This document shows positions 47,043 to 57,243 of a stretch of 64,000 bases of DNA, piece by piece (the first letter of the stretch is position 1; the number at the start of each line of letters is the position of its first letter). The translations under genes and the position numbers were made by a program. The stretch comes from a virus, in the IMG/VR virus record IMGVR_UViG_3300003886_000002; one strand, 5' to 3'. The notes under the pieces were generated by a model. That model saw nothing but the letters and a program-made list of their open reading frames with translations, had not been told where the DNA came from and searched no databases.

Positions 47043-47600
47043 ATGAACAAAGTCATCGGATTCTACGGATCGAAAGGTGGACAGGGGTGCACAGTCACCG
47101 CGTGTGCCTATGCGCTGTCAGCATCCCTAGACGCCCCCACACTTCTGGTAGACGCGTCAGACAACGGGGACGTGTTACACGTCCTAGGGCTATCAGACTC
47201 CCAGGAACAGACAGAGGTTACTGAGTCCCTCATCTACGCAGAAGGGCTCTCTGCCCTGACAGACCCACAGTACCGCACTCACGAGTCCATCGTTGTAGAC
47301 TTTGGGACCACTGCAATCCCTGAGAACTTCCCCGGTGACCTGATGCTAGTGATCCGACCGTGCTACCTGGCAGTACGCAGAAGCGCAGAATCGGCGACTG
47401 TCCCAACAGGAGTCATCGTCCTTGACGAACAGGGTCGAGCACTGACACCAGCAGATGTCGCTAAAGTTCTAGAGACCCCAGCGTGCACGGTCATCAAGAC
47501 AGACCCCGCAGTGGCACGCGCCGTAGACGCGGGCGTGTTCGCTACCCGAGTCCCAAAGTCCCTACAGGGGCTACGCCAAGCGATGGCAGGCAACGGATGA
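47043..47600 (+). CDS. MinD/ParA-like (Ssd/CpaE-type) P-loop protein
   Basis: Deviant Walker A GSKGGQGCT; LLVDAS; VVDFG; DPAVARAVDAG. Confidence 0.75.
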   Translation: MNKVIGFYGSKGGQGCTVTACAYALSASLDAPTLLVDASDNGDVLHVLGLSDSQEQTEVTESLIYAEGLSALTDPQYRTHESIVVDFGTTAIPENFPGDLMLVIRPCYLAVRRSAESATVPTGVIVLDEQGRALTPADVAKVLETPACTVIKTDPAVARAVDAGVFATRVPKSLQGLRQAMAGNG

Positions 47601-47821
47601 AAGCCAGGACAGTCGCGACAGTCACCACAATCGGCTACCTGCATTGCATGGACTGCACTCTCGACACAGATGAGCTGTGCGGCACCTACGACATGCACAA
47701 CTGCGTGCTGGAAGATGTAACATGCGACAGGTGTGGACGCGGATACCAACCCATCCTTGGCGACGGCCTCAAATCATGGGACATCCACCCCGGCGACTCC
47801 ACAGAACGCATGGTCTCGTGA
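47597..47821 (+). CDS. Small Cys-rich protein
   Basis: ATGA-coupled; CMDC...CDRC. Confidence 0.6.
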   Translation: MKARTVATVTTIGYLHCMDCTLDTDELCGTYDMHNCVLEDVTCDRCGRGYQPILGDGLKSWDIHPGDSTERMVS

Positions 47822-48420
47822 CTCAACCCATGCACAACAACGAGCAGTACCACCGCGGGGCGTGCCCCGTCCCAACCCCACAGGAACGAACACACGTTCG
47901 ACACCTAATCGCCCACATGCGAACCATCCTACAGAACCATCCACAACCCACCGACCCCGACAAGGCCACTGGATAACAGGCGCCTCATGGGGTTCAGGTG
48001 ATGGTATTGTGCCTGATATGGAACATTGTGTCTGATAGGTAACATTGTTCCTAATAGGAAACAATGGGTCTAACGGGGGGGGATTCTCTATGGCGTGTCT
48101 GATGCAGGTGGTTCGTTGGGTAGCCACATGGCCCCATCGTCCACGAGTCCGTAGATGACGTCGTCGTATTCGCCGAGGTCTGCGCGGCGGCAGAGGTCTT
48201 CCCAATCCCAATCGGTTGTTGTCTGTTGCGTTTCCTGTGTGTTGCTCATTGGGGATGCTCTCCTGTGTGGGTGCAGGTGTACGCGGGGCAGTGTATCGCC
48301 CCTAGGGGGTCATGCGGCATGGTGGCGGCATGTGGTCGGAGGGGATGGGGCTGTGCGGTAGTGTCCTGCCCGTGGGGGTTCCCGGATGTGTCACGCCGAG
48401 TCCCGATACCCCCAGGGGGT

Positions 48421-48986
48421 TTAGGCGGTATCGGTCCACCCTGCCACCTCATAGTTGGGGTCGCGGTTCATTATGCGTTCGTACAGTAACCCCATGATTT
48501 CTAGGCGTGCCTGTTGGATTCTCTTTCTGTCTCCGCTGGCTAACGCATCGTTCCATGTGCGGCGACTATCGTCCCTGATACCGTCATGTGTGTATCTCAT
48601 AGGGTTCCCCTCCAATAGGTGTGTCCCCCGTAGGTGACTTCCGTGTATTCTTCCCGAAGTGATGCTGCTGCCGCATCCCAATTTATGTGACATACGGGCC
48701 AGAACCCTGGGTTGTCTATCGCCTCTAGGTCTACCGCGAGTGTGCGTGCGTACCGCGTGAAGTGGCAGTCGTGCACTAGGGTTGGTTCCATGTAGGCGGC
48801 GCTTTCCAGGTCTCCACCCAGCTCCCCCACGACCAGCGCCACGATGGCTGCGTATAGACGAATTTCGTCGGAGGTGAGGGATGGGGCCTTCGAGTCAACG
48901 GCACGGGCAAACAGGTCTCGGCGTGCCTCCAACACGTCCCGTAGGTCGATCATGTCCTGGCCGGGAGTGCAATCGTTATACGCCAT
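48421..48986 (-). CDS. Two ORFs (48597-48986, 48421-48600)
   Basis: Class II promoter; AGGAGG RBS; first ORF ends INWDAAA..L...Y..V..GG.TYW. Confidence 0.65.
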
Positions 48987-49115
48987 GGGGGGAACACCTC
49001 CTGTTGTGAGCTAACTGACGTGTACAACTATACCAGATAGCGATGACACGCAAAGGGTTGGGGCCGTGACTGGATCACAACACGTGTGAGGGTGCCGTGG
49101 GGGGTTGGGGTGTGG

Positions 49116-49643
49116 TCAGTTCTCCAAGGGGTTTAGTCCGCAGGGGCAGTGCAGCGGGTTGCCTTCTAGGTCTACGAGCATCTGCTCTGTCATGGATGGA
49201 GTGCCGTCGAGGGTTCCACGCTTACGCTTGAGGTACACGGACCATGCGGTGCGACATGCTTCCCCGCGGCAGTCGTAGTTGGAGTAGGTGCTGGCTTTGC
49301 CGCACGCGGGGGTTGTTTCTTTGTCGTGGAATCGTTGCACACGTCGCTGTTTGGCGTCGCGTACGGATTCTTGGTGGGCTTCGATGGCTTCCTCTGTACG
49401 TACACCGCGCCGGTACCCTGCGTTTGTGTCGTCTGGGGTGCGTGCGAGTCGAGGGTTGTAGCCTGACGTGACCCCTGCCCGTCGTGCCCATCGTTGTATG
49501 GTGCGTCGGGTTACTCCTGACGCGATGGACGCGGGGGTGGCTCCGTGGTCTGCGAATATCTGTAGGATTTCGCGGTACCATCCGTCTGTGCGGTAGTCGG
49601 ATTTGACTTCCGGGACATCTATGATTTCTCTGTACGGGTGCAT
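49116..49643 (-). CDS. HTH DNA-binding protein with Cys-rich C-terminus
   Basis: IASGVTRRTIQRWARRAG; CG..STYSNYDCR.EACR.AW; AGGAGG RBS. Confidence 0.7.
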   Translation of the reverse strand: MHPYREIIDVPEVKSDYRTDGWYREILQIFADHGATPASIASGVTRRTIQRWARRAGVTSGYNPRLARTPDDTNAGYRRGVRTEEAIEAHQESVRDAKQRRVQRFHDKETTPACGKASTYSNYDCRGEACRTAWSVYLKRKRGTLDGTPSMTEQMLVDLEGNPLHCPCGLNPLEN

Positions 49644-49685
49644 GGTGGCCTCCTATGGGAGTTTGATCGGATAGGGAACTTGTCC

Positions 49686-50253
49686 CTATAGGGTTAGGGC
49701 TTCTGCTGCTGCGCGGAGGTTCCCCAAGGTGATGGCACAGTCGTTGAATGCCCACACACGAGAGTTGTCTGGTCTGAGATTGAGGACAGGCTCGGAAGTG
49801 AACGCAGCGAACGGCGCGAGAGCGGCCTCCAACTGTTCGTTGCGTTGCTGTATGTCCTGTACTTGTGCCCGCAGTTCGTGAATCCTTGCGGCTTGGACAT
49901 TAGCTGTGTATTGGAGTTCGCTAACTTCCTTTATGAGGGGCGCGCAGACTTGTGCGGCGCAACCCAGGTAGTGCCCTGGCTGTGATCCGCATTCTGGACA
50001 TGGTCCGTCCACTGTGGATTCTTCTTGTGTCGTCTGTTCACTGTTCATGTCACCACCCCACGGGTTCCGTTAGGGCTGCGATGCTTGCTGTCGAGAAACC
50101 GTTGTCGATGATCTCTTGCCCCATTTCTGCGATGTCTGTGTTGTTCATCTGCCCGGAGTCCATGAGGGAGACTGTTTGGGCAGGGACATCTGCTATGGCT
50201 AGGTTGTCGATGTCTCCGTAGGTTCCGGTTGCTGTGTCGATCCAGATTTTCAT
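49686..50253 (-). CDS. Two ORFs (50050-50253; 49686-50048 with LEAALAPFA module)
   Basis: Class II-like promoter; AAGGAG RBS. Confidence 0.65.
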
Positions 50254-50431
50254 GTGGTTCTCCTTTGGTTGTAGACCTGCTGACATGTCTGATGGTAGCA
50301 CATAGGGGTGTCACCATCAGGCTTCGGGTGGACGCACCGCAACCCGCCCGGCGTATACGCAGCACACTCGGTCTGCGCCCTTCCGGTCACGGTGTAGGGA
50401 CCCTTGGCGGGTGTAGTCACATGGCTCTGCC

Positions 50432-51490
50432 CTACCACTTTCCTTCGTTACGCCATGAGGGGAAGAACCCCTCAACAGGTCCACACACCCGATCGTCACC
50501 GTACACCCGGGCGTCACCGTACACTCCGGCGTCACCGAACACCTGGGCGGTGCCGGACACCCAAGCGCTGTCGAGCACCTGGGCGTTCCCAAACACCCGG
50601 GCATCGTCAAGCACCTGGGCGTCACCGCCTATTTGTGCGCTCTCGTACACCCGGGCGTCACCGGACACCCGGGCGTCACCGGACACCCGAGCGTTGCCGT
50701 ACACCCGAACATGATCAAACACCTGGGCGTTGTCGAACACCCGAGCGTCACCGAACACCCGAGCGTTACCGTACACCTGAGCGTCGCCAGACACCCGGGC
50801 GTCACCGGACACCCGAGCGTTGCCGTACACCCGAACATGATCAAACACCTGGGCGTTGTACCCGATATGTGCAGTAGCCGCCACCCAAGCAGTATCCGCC
50901 ACCCAACCACCCTCGGGGCCGTCAGGGGTGACGTGACGGTGGGCCGCCACCGGACCTTCACCGAAATCGTGCATCTGTGGTGCCGATTCGACATCACCGT
51001 CCCCGTACACTTCTGGCGTGACATGCTGGAAGAAGATCGTGAGAACGTCCCGGCTGTGGTCGTCGCCGTCGTCGTACATGGTGGTGGTGACTTCTTGCAC
51101 GATGTCGGGGTCAATCGGGATGATCCCCACGACCTGCTCGGCGTAGCCGCCGTAGCTGACAGAAATGTAGTCCTGGTGCCCATTCCATATGTAGGAGAAC
51201 AGGTTCTCGCGGTCGTAGTAGGCCAGATGGGCACAACCGTCGCGGTTCTGTACTGCCTCCTGGGCTACGTCAGGATGAAGGATGTGGATGTGTCGTGGAG
51301 CCACGAATCCTTCGGTGCAGATGCAGCTGGGCACCTCAACTCCTGTGCGACTGTTGACGTACGCACCGATACTTGTGACTATCTCCACAATGCGCTCACC
51401 GTTGCTGTCCGGCTTCTCAACAACAACGGTCCTGTCGCTTGTAACCCCTGTGGCAGAGACTCGGGCATCATCACTGTTGATTGTTCGCAT
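50432..51490 (-). CDS. Protein with C-terminal LbH hexapeptide repeats (second copy of the module)
   Basis: Same HDFGEGPVAAHRHV.PDG.EGGWVAD module; TTGACG-16-TAGTGT-GTCAG promoter. Confidence 0.85.
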   Translation of the reverse strand: MRTINSDDARVSATGVTSDRTVVVEKPDSNGERIVEIVTSIGAYVNSRTGVEVPSCICTEGFVAPRHIHILHPDVAQEAVQNRDGCAHLAYYDRENLFSYIWNGHQDYISVSYGGYAEQVVGIIPIDPDIVQEVTTTMYDDGDDHSRDVLTIFFQHVTPEVYGDGDVESAPQMHDFGEGPVAAHRHVTPDGPEGGWVADTAWVAATAHIGYNAQVFDHVRVYGNARVSGDARVSGDAQVYGNARVFGDARVFDNAQVFDHVRVYGNARVSGDARVSGDARVYESAQIGGDAQVLDDARVFGNAQVLDSAWVSGTAQVFGDAGVYGDARVYGDDRVCGPVEGFFPSWRNEGKW

Positions 51491-51758
51491 ATGGGGGCTC
51501 CTTCACTAGTGGCGGCTGACAACGAGAACACTACCACATGGGGGTGACACGTCAAATGCGTGGTGCACAATAACGCACGTCGTACACAAAAACGCACCAC
51601 GCAAAGCCCCACCGCGCTACTGCATCCAGTGCCTTGTGTGGGGAACGCCGAAACCCGCCCCCATCGTTGGAGAGCGGGTTTCGACTGGCAGTTCCAACTG
51701 TCAGCGAGTCACCTGAGGGTGCCACGCACCGACACCCTATCAGGTGGGGGTGACGGCG

Positions 51759-51932
51759 CTAGTGGATCTTCTGTGACCCGGGGCGCCTCACCCCTGCATG
51801 TGATGCCCCGCCTGCATCGTCGTATGCTTTGCGGCGTGCTTCGAGGCGCATGTCGGACTTGCGCTTGTTCTTGCCGGGTCGCTTCTTCTCCTTCATCTTT
51901 ACTGTGCCGTCTGGAACGTTTTCTTCAGCCAC
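51759..51932 (-). CDS. Small basic protein (57 aa)
   Basis: Hand translation MAEENVPDGTVKMKEKKRPGKNKRK...RRPGSQKIH; AAGGAG RBS. Confidence 0.6.
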   Translation of the reverse strand: MAEENVPDGTVKMKEKKRPGKNKRKSDMRLEARRKAYDDAGGASHAGVRRPGSQKIH

Positions 51933-52009
51933 GTTGGACTCCTTCCATAGGGGGGCTAGGTGATAGCCCCCGGGGGTGGCGCGGGGACCGTAGCCCCCGC
52001 GCCTTGGAT

Positions 52010-53179
52010 TCAGGCATCCACCAGAGAACAGGTGAAGTCTAGGGCGTCAAGCGCAACAGACTCCATCTCCTGCGCCCGATCAGGGTCAGGGACCACCTGA
52101 GCGAACGACGTGATGGCATGCAGCACTCCGCCTGATGTCACGTCCCCGCCTTTGATGAAGTGCCCCAGGATACCTTCGCTCTCTTCCTGTGTGAAAGAGA
52201 ACTGCTTCGACACCTTCTCGATGACCTTGGTGGGCTCCGGGACCGGGCACTGTGCCTTCTGCTCGATCTCTTCGATCTTGGCAGTCATGTACCCGATGTC
52301 CAGGAACGTGGTAACGGCGTCAGCCGTCTGTGCCTTCACCAGATCCACGTTGGCCCGCTTGGTCTCCTCAGACCAACGGATCACGCCTTCATCCATGCGG
52401 GAGCCAAGGTGAACCTTGCGCAGCGCATCCTTGGTCATGGTCATCCCGTTCTTGCATACGAGAACGGTGATGACCGGGGTGATGGTGAACGCTCCCCCAC
52501 CGGTCTCAGAGTTCCCGATGTCCAAACCTGCGAACACTACGGGGTTGTCTGCTCCCGTTTCACCGGTGAACGGTGAACGGTAGTTGCGCAGCAGTGTTGG
52601 GGCCAGTGCGTTGATCCCGGGGGCTGAGATGCGCACTCGCATGCGACGCTCGGTGAGGTCGCACGTGGTGATGTCCACTTCGATGCCCGCGTCCCTGACT
52701 CCTGACAGGACTGCGAGGAGCACGTCGTAGTTGTCGATCACGTTGAAGCGGTCAGACAGGAATGCTCGGGCGATGCCGACGGAATCGGTGTCTGTCTTGA
52801 ATCCGCGGACAAACCATGACTTGTTGGACTTCGCGAGCCACGTGTTGACGTTGCAGTCCAGGAGGTCTGTGATGGTGGGGTCTGGACCGTCCATGTCGTC
52901 GCCACCCCTGTAGTTGCGCATCTTGCGCAGGTACTTGCGGGGGATGTCGAGTCGGAGTCCGAGTCCGTCATCGAAGATGCTGGTGGGGCGCAGGACCGTT
53001 TCGGTGCGGGTCACCCCGTCCTCTGTGATGATGGCGTCGGCGCCTTGCACGATCAGGTTGCCGTCGCGGAAGGCGAGGTTCCCGGAGTGGGCGACCACGT
53101 CGAAACGTGAATCTGCCTGCTCCTTGAGGGTGGCGGCGAGATCCGGGAGGGTCGCGTTGCGGAGGGTTGTGTTGAGCAT
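52010..53179 (-). CDS. DUF932-like protein
   Basis: RAFLSDRF..IDNYD, GLDIGNSETGGG, LVCKNGMT, HLGS, AITSFAQ; AAAGGA RBS. Confidence 0.78.
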   Translation of the reverse strand: MLNTTLRNATLPDLAATLKEQADSRFDVVAHSGNLAFRDGNLIVQGADAIITEDGVTRTETVLRPTSIFDDGLGLRLDIPRKYLRKMRNYRGGDDMDGPDPTITDLLDCNVNTWLAKSNKSWFVRGFKTDTDSVGIARAFLSDRFNVIDNYDVLLAVLSGVRDAGIEVDITTCDLTERRMRVRISAPGINALAPTLLRNYRSPFTGETGADNPVVFAGLDIGNSETGGGAFTITPVITVLVCKNGMTMTKDALRKVHLGSRMDEGVIRWSEETKRANVDLVKAQTADAVTTFLDIGYMTAKIEEIEQKAQCPVPEPTKVIEKVSKQFSFTQEESEGILGHFIKGGDVTSGGVLHAITSFAQVVPDPDRAQEMESVALDALDFTCSLVDA

Positions 53180-53332
53180 GTTGGTTCCTTTCGGTTGTGG
53201 ACTATCTGACAGGGGTACTGTATCACACGGGCATGACATTTCCATTCCCCACATTTACTACCGTCGTATACTATCAGGGGGGTGGGGGTGGGTTACAATG
53301 TCCCACGTGACGAATCGGCTAGCATCGCCCCC

Positions 53333-55222
53333 ATGGCGAAAGACAACATCATCCCAGACCTACAGGCCCTCGCGAAACCCATCTCGGATCTTCGCTTGGC
53401 TACACAGAATCCGCGGCGCGGCGACGTGGAAGCGATCGCCCGCTCCCTCGCAGAGTTCGGTCAACACAAACCTCTTGTTGCTACGCGCGACGGTGAAGTC
53501 ATCATCGGGAACCACACCCTCAAGGCCGCGTTGTCTTTGGGATGGGAAGAAATCGCTGTCGCCTACACAGACGACGACTCCACGACAGCCAAAGCACGCC
53601 TGCTGGCAGACAACAAAATATCTGAACGCGGTCGTACAGACAACGCTGAGGTTGCTGCACTCCTGGCTGAAATCGTACAAGACTCCAATGACCTCCTGGC
53701 AGCTACCGGCTACCAAGACGGTGAAGTGGAGGCGCTGCTACGACTCACCCAACCCGCCACCCCCACGGTCCAAAACGACGAACCTGACCCGATACGTACA
53801 AACGAACCATCCGGTATCACCATGCCACCACGCGCCGCAACCCCCGGGGTGGACCGAACAAACGTTCCCCCACGGGGCGAAGGTGATCCAGTGCGGCGGA
53901 TCGAGGCGGATGGTTCAACCCGCACCATCGGAGTGGACGGTCCTGGTGGGACAGTCGGGATAGACGATTCGTCTACAATCGTTGATTCACAAGATGCCCT
54001 TGATAATGATGACGCGTCTAATCATATAGATGCCCTTGATATAGAGAACGTGTCTAATACACATGGTGTGTCTAATAGGAGACGTGTGTCTGATAGGGGC
54101 GACGCGTCTAAAGACGTGCGACGGGACTCGATCCCTGCGCAATGCCAACTGTACCTGGGGGACTGCCGTGACGTAATGGAAAACGTTTTGGAGGACGACT
54201 GTATCGACGCGATCATCACGGACCCTGGGGGGCAGGACGGTAAAGACGTTGACGGGTGGTGGCGTAAAGTCCCGGGGGTGGGGTTTTGGGGTGACGTGTT
54301 GCGTGTAGCGAAACCTGGGGCGCACATGTGTGTGTTCGCTGGGCGCCGCACTTGGCATCGTGTCGCCATTTGCGCGGAAGACGCCGGGTGGGAGTTGCGT
54401 GACACTGTCATGTGGGTGTACGGGAAGGGGATGCCGATGTCTTTAGATATCGGTCAGGCGGTGGATCGGAAGTTGGGTGGGGACGGCGCCCCATATTTTC
54501 GTGAAGTGGGGTCCATGACTGATGAGCAGCGGGCCGCGTATGTGCAGGGTGGGTCGAATCCGTTTTACGGGTATGGGACAGAGTTGCGTCCGTCGTGGGA
54601 ACCAATTTTGTTGTTTCGTAAACCTGTGGAAGGTACAATCGCGGAGAATGTGGCGGCGTATGGGACGGGGGCGCTCAATATTGATGCGACACGTGTCGGC
54701 GGGGAGGAGCGTGACGCTATCGCCACTTGGGTCCCTGAGGGGCAGGGGGAGGCTCATGGTCACGGGTTGGATAAGAAGCAGTTGACCGTGGGGGTTACGA
54801 CGTTGGGGCGTTGGCCTGCGGACGCAGTGTTTGAGGATGGTGGGGTGGGGGGGGCGGCTGATGTGTTGGATGGGCAGTCGGGGCGTTCTCATGCGAGCAG
54901 ATTTTTTTATTGTCCGAAAGTGTCGAAGCGGGAAAGGGATGAGGGGTTGGCTCCGGGGGTGAATGATTGCAAGGGGGTTAAGCCGGTTGCGTTGATTGAG
55001 TGGCTGGTGTCTCTTATCACCCCTGGGGTCGTTGGGACTGGATCATCTGATGGTGGTGCTGTGGGGGCTGGGACTGGATGCGGTGTGGTGTTGGACCCGT
55101 TCTGTGGGACTGGATCTACCGGTGTGGTGGTGTCGGGGTTGGGGTTTGGGTTTGTGGGTATTGATTGTGATGCCCATGTTTTGAATGATGTTGCTGCGGT
55201 GAGGTTGGGTTTGCGGGAGTAG
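53333..55222 (+). CDS. ParB/Srx-domain protein fused to a DNA-methyltransferase-like domain
   Basis: NPRRGDVEAIARSLAEFGQ.KP...IGNHT...LADN at the N-terminus; GDCRDV..IITDPGG...VLDPFCGTGSTG at the C-terminus. Confidence 0.85.
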   Translation: MAKDNIIPDLQALAKPISDLRLATQNPRRGDVEAIARSLAEFGQHKPLVATRDGEVIIGNHTLKAALSLGWEEIAVAYTDDDSTTAKARLLADNKISERGRTDNAEVAALLAEIVQDSNDLLAATGYQDGEVEALLRLTQPATPTVQNDEPDPIRTNEPSGITMPPRAATPGVDRTNVPPRGEGDPVRRIEADGSTRTIGVDGPGGTVGIDDSSTIVDSQDALDNDDASNHIDALDIENVSNTHGVSNRRRVSDRGDASKDVRRDSIPAQCQLYLGDCRDVMENVLEDDCIDAIITDPGGQDGKDVDGWWRKVPGVGFWGDVLRVAKPGAHMCVFAGRRTWHRVAICAEDAGWELRDTVMWVYGKGMPMSLDIGQAVDRKLGGDGAPYFREVGSMTDEQRAAYVQGGSNPFYGYGTELRPSWEPILLFRKPVEGTIAENVAAYGTGALNIDATRVGGEERDAIATWVPEGQGEAHGHGLDKKQLTVGVTTLGRWPADAVFEDGGVGGAADVLDGQSGRSHASRFFYCPKVSKRERDEGLAPGVNDCKGVKPVALIEWLVSLITPGVVGTGSSDGGAVGAGTGCGVVLDPFCGTGSTGVVVSGLGFGFVGIDCDAHVLNDVAAVRLGLRE

Positions 55223-55324
55223 ACCCCCCTGGGTGCTAGCTGTCGCGAACACCGGGGCGGAAAAGGCGGTTACCCGCCCGTGGGGGAATGTGACTTTCCC
55301 CAGGTCACAGACCGCAAACTATAT

Positions 55325-55885
55325 CAAGCAGACCCCTCGGGGGACACCAAACCACCAAACCAACCCCCCAAACGACCCAAACCACCCAACCAAACACGAA
55401 CCCCACCAGGCAACAACCCACCAAACAAATGCCCAGAAACCACCCCCCACAACCCAAACAACACCACCCGACCCCACCCAACCCCCAAAACACCCCGAAA
55501 AACCTCAGACAACGACGCCCTCCCCCCCCTAATCAACCACCAATCCACAACCCCCACATACACCCCCAACCCAACCCAACCCCAAACACCCCCACGCCTA
55601 CCCACCACCCACCAACCCCATCACAACCCCCACCAACACCCGATGAGCCTCCAACAACACCCCAACCCGCTCCTCCAACTCCACAACACGAGCATCCAGT
55701 CCCCCACAACAACCACACAACCCGCCACAAACCCCAACATCACCCATAACCCCAGCATACACCACCCCCCACCACCCCACCCGACCCCAAACGACACCAA
55801 ACAACACCAAACCACACCAAACAACCAACCCAAACCCCAGACCAAAACCACCCCAAACCCCACAAACCCCAGATAAACACAAACG
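55325..55885. repeat. C/A-rich low-complexity tract flanked by G/T-rich DNA
   Basis: About 560 bp with few G or T on the + strand; may hide a small minus-strand ORF (55598-55747). Confidence 0.8.
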
Positions 55886-56337
55886 ATAGCTGGTGTTTGC
55901 CTGGTTTTGTGGGGTTTTGGGTCTTTTTTTTGTTTGTGGAGCCTGTTTTGGTTGCCACAGGGGGTATGGTTGGGGTATTGTTGTTTGTTTGTGCTGGTGG
56001 GGGGGTGTTTTTGTGTCCCCCGACCCCTGTGACGTTACCTACCACAGTGACACCCCCCAAAGGGTTCTGCCCCTATAGGGGAAACCGTGTGTCCATGTGA
56101 CCTCAGGAGACATGTGACGCATGTGTCTAGATGGGTGTGGAAGTGTCGACGGGTGTCGTGTCTGGTCGTCTCCCCCTCCCCGGGCCGATAGTACCCCATG
56201 GGGGTGCCACGTGTGGCGGCTGGTGGACCCCCACTCCCCCGCCCGGACAACGTTACAGCAGCCGTACGTCAACGGGTGTCACCCCCTGCCGCTACAATAC
56301 CCCACCACAACAAGACACAACCCGGACGGACAACCCA

Positions 56338-57243
56338 ATGAACTCAACCCCCCAACACATATGGCGCCTCGTGTACAAAGAAACAGGAGCCCCCTCCAGC
56401 TGCTGCACCACTCTAGAAGACGCACAGGACAGACTCGCAGTAGACTCCCGCCCACACCTATTCACAATACGACGCTGGGACATCAACACCCAACAGTGGG
56501 TAGACGCACCCAAACGTTCATGGGAGTTAACGGACCACGATTCCCCATCCCCCACCCGCCACGATAATACCCCAGGTGATGAACAAATCATGATTTGTGT
56601 CACCCACGACATCGACCTGCACATCACAACCCCTGACCCCCCACCCCCCGAAACGTGCGGCGAAACAACAGAACCCACAGAAAAACTGGCCGAAGAAACA
56701 CTAACCCAAATGGAAACCGACGCCCGAATGTGGGCAGACGAATACATGGCACAATTCCCAAACGCCACCCCTGACATCAGGTCACTAACGGCCTGGTTCA
56801 CCAACACTATCGAAGCCACACGTACAGCAGACCAAGCATGCAACAACAGGAGCACCCCACCTGTACACGACTTCGGTGAAGGACAGGTGCATGCCCACCG
56901 CCACATCAACCCCGGTGGGACCGAGGGCGGTTGGGTCGCGGACACCGCGAATGTGGCCGACACAGCGACAATCGGCCCCAACGCCCAAATATCTGACAAC
57001 GCCCGGGTATTCGACCACGCACAGGTGCTGGGTGACGCTCAAGTGTACTGCAACGCTCAGGTGTACAACAACGCTACGGTAGACGGCAGCGCTTGGGTGT
57101 CCGGCAACGCCCGGGTGTTTGGAGACGCTCGGGTGTACGACAGTGCTGTGGTGTACGGAAACGCACAAGTGTTCGGCGACGCCCGGATATGCAAGAATGC
57201 ACATGTAATCGGTAACGTCGCGACAGGAGAAACCACAACATGA
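56338..57243 (+). CDS. Protein with C-terminal LbH hexapeptide repeats (third copy of the module)
   Basis: HDFGEGQVHAHRHINPGGTEGGWVAD; GTGTCACCCCC...TACAAT promoter at 56276. Confidence 0.8.
   Translation: MNSTPQHIWRLVYKETGAPSSCCTTLEDAQDRLAVDSRPHLFTIRRWDINTQQWVDAPKRSWELTDHDSPSPTRHDNTPGDEQIMICVTHDIDLHITTPDPPPPETCGETTEPTEKLAEETLTQMETDARMWADEYMAQFPNATPDIRSLTAWFTNTIEATRTADQACNNRSTPPVHDFGEGQVHAHRHINPGGTEGGWVADTANVADTATIGPNAQISDNARVFDHAQVLGDAQVYCNAQVYNNATVDGSAWVSGNARVFGDARVYDSAVVYGNAQVFGDARICKNAHVIGNVATGETTT

Noticed and set aside
45942-57243. Diversity-generating retroelement TR/VR pairs among the LbH repeats
   Set aside because: No reverse transcriptase in the window, and the differences are not adenine-specific.
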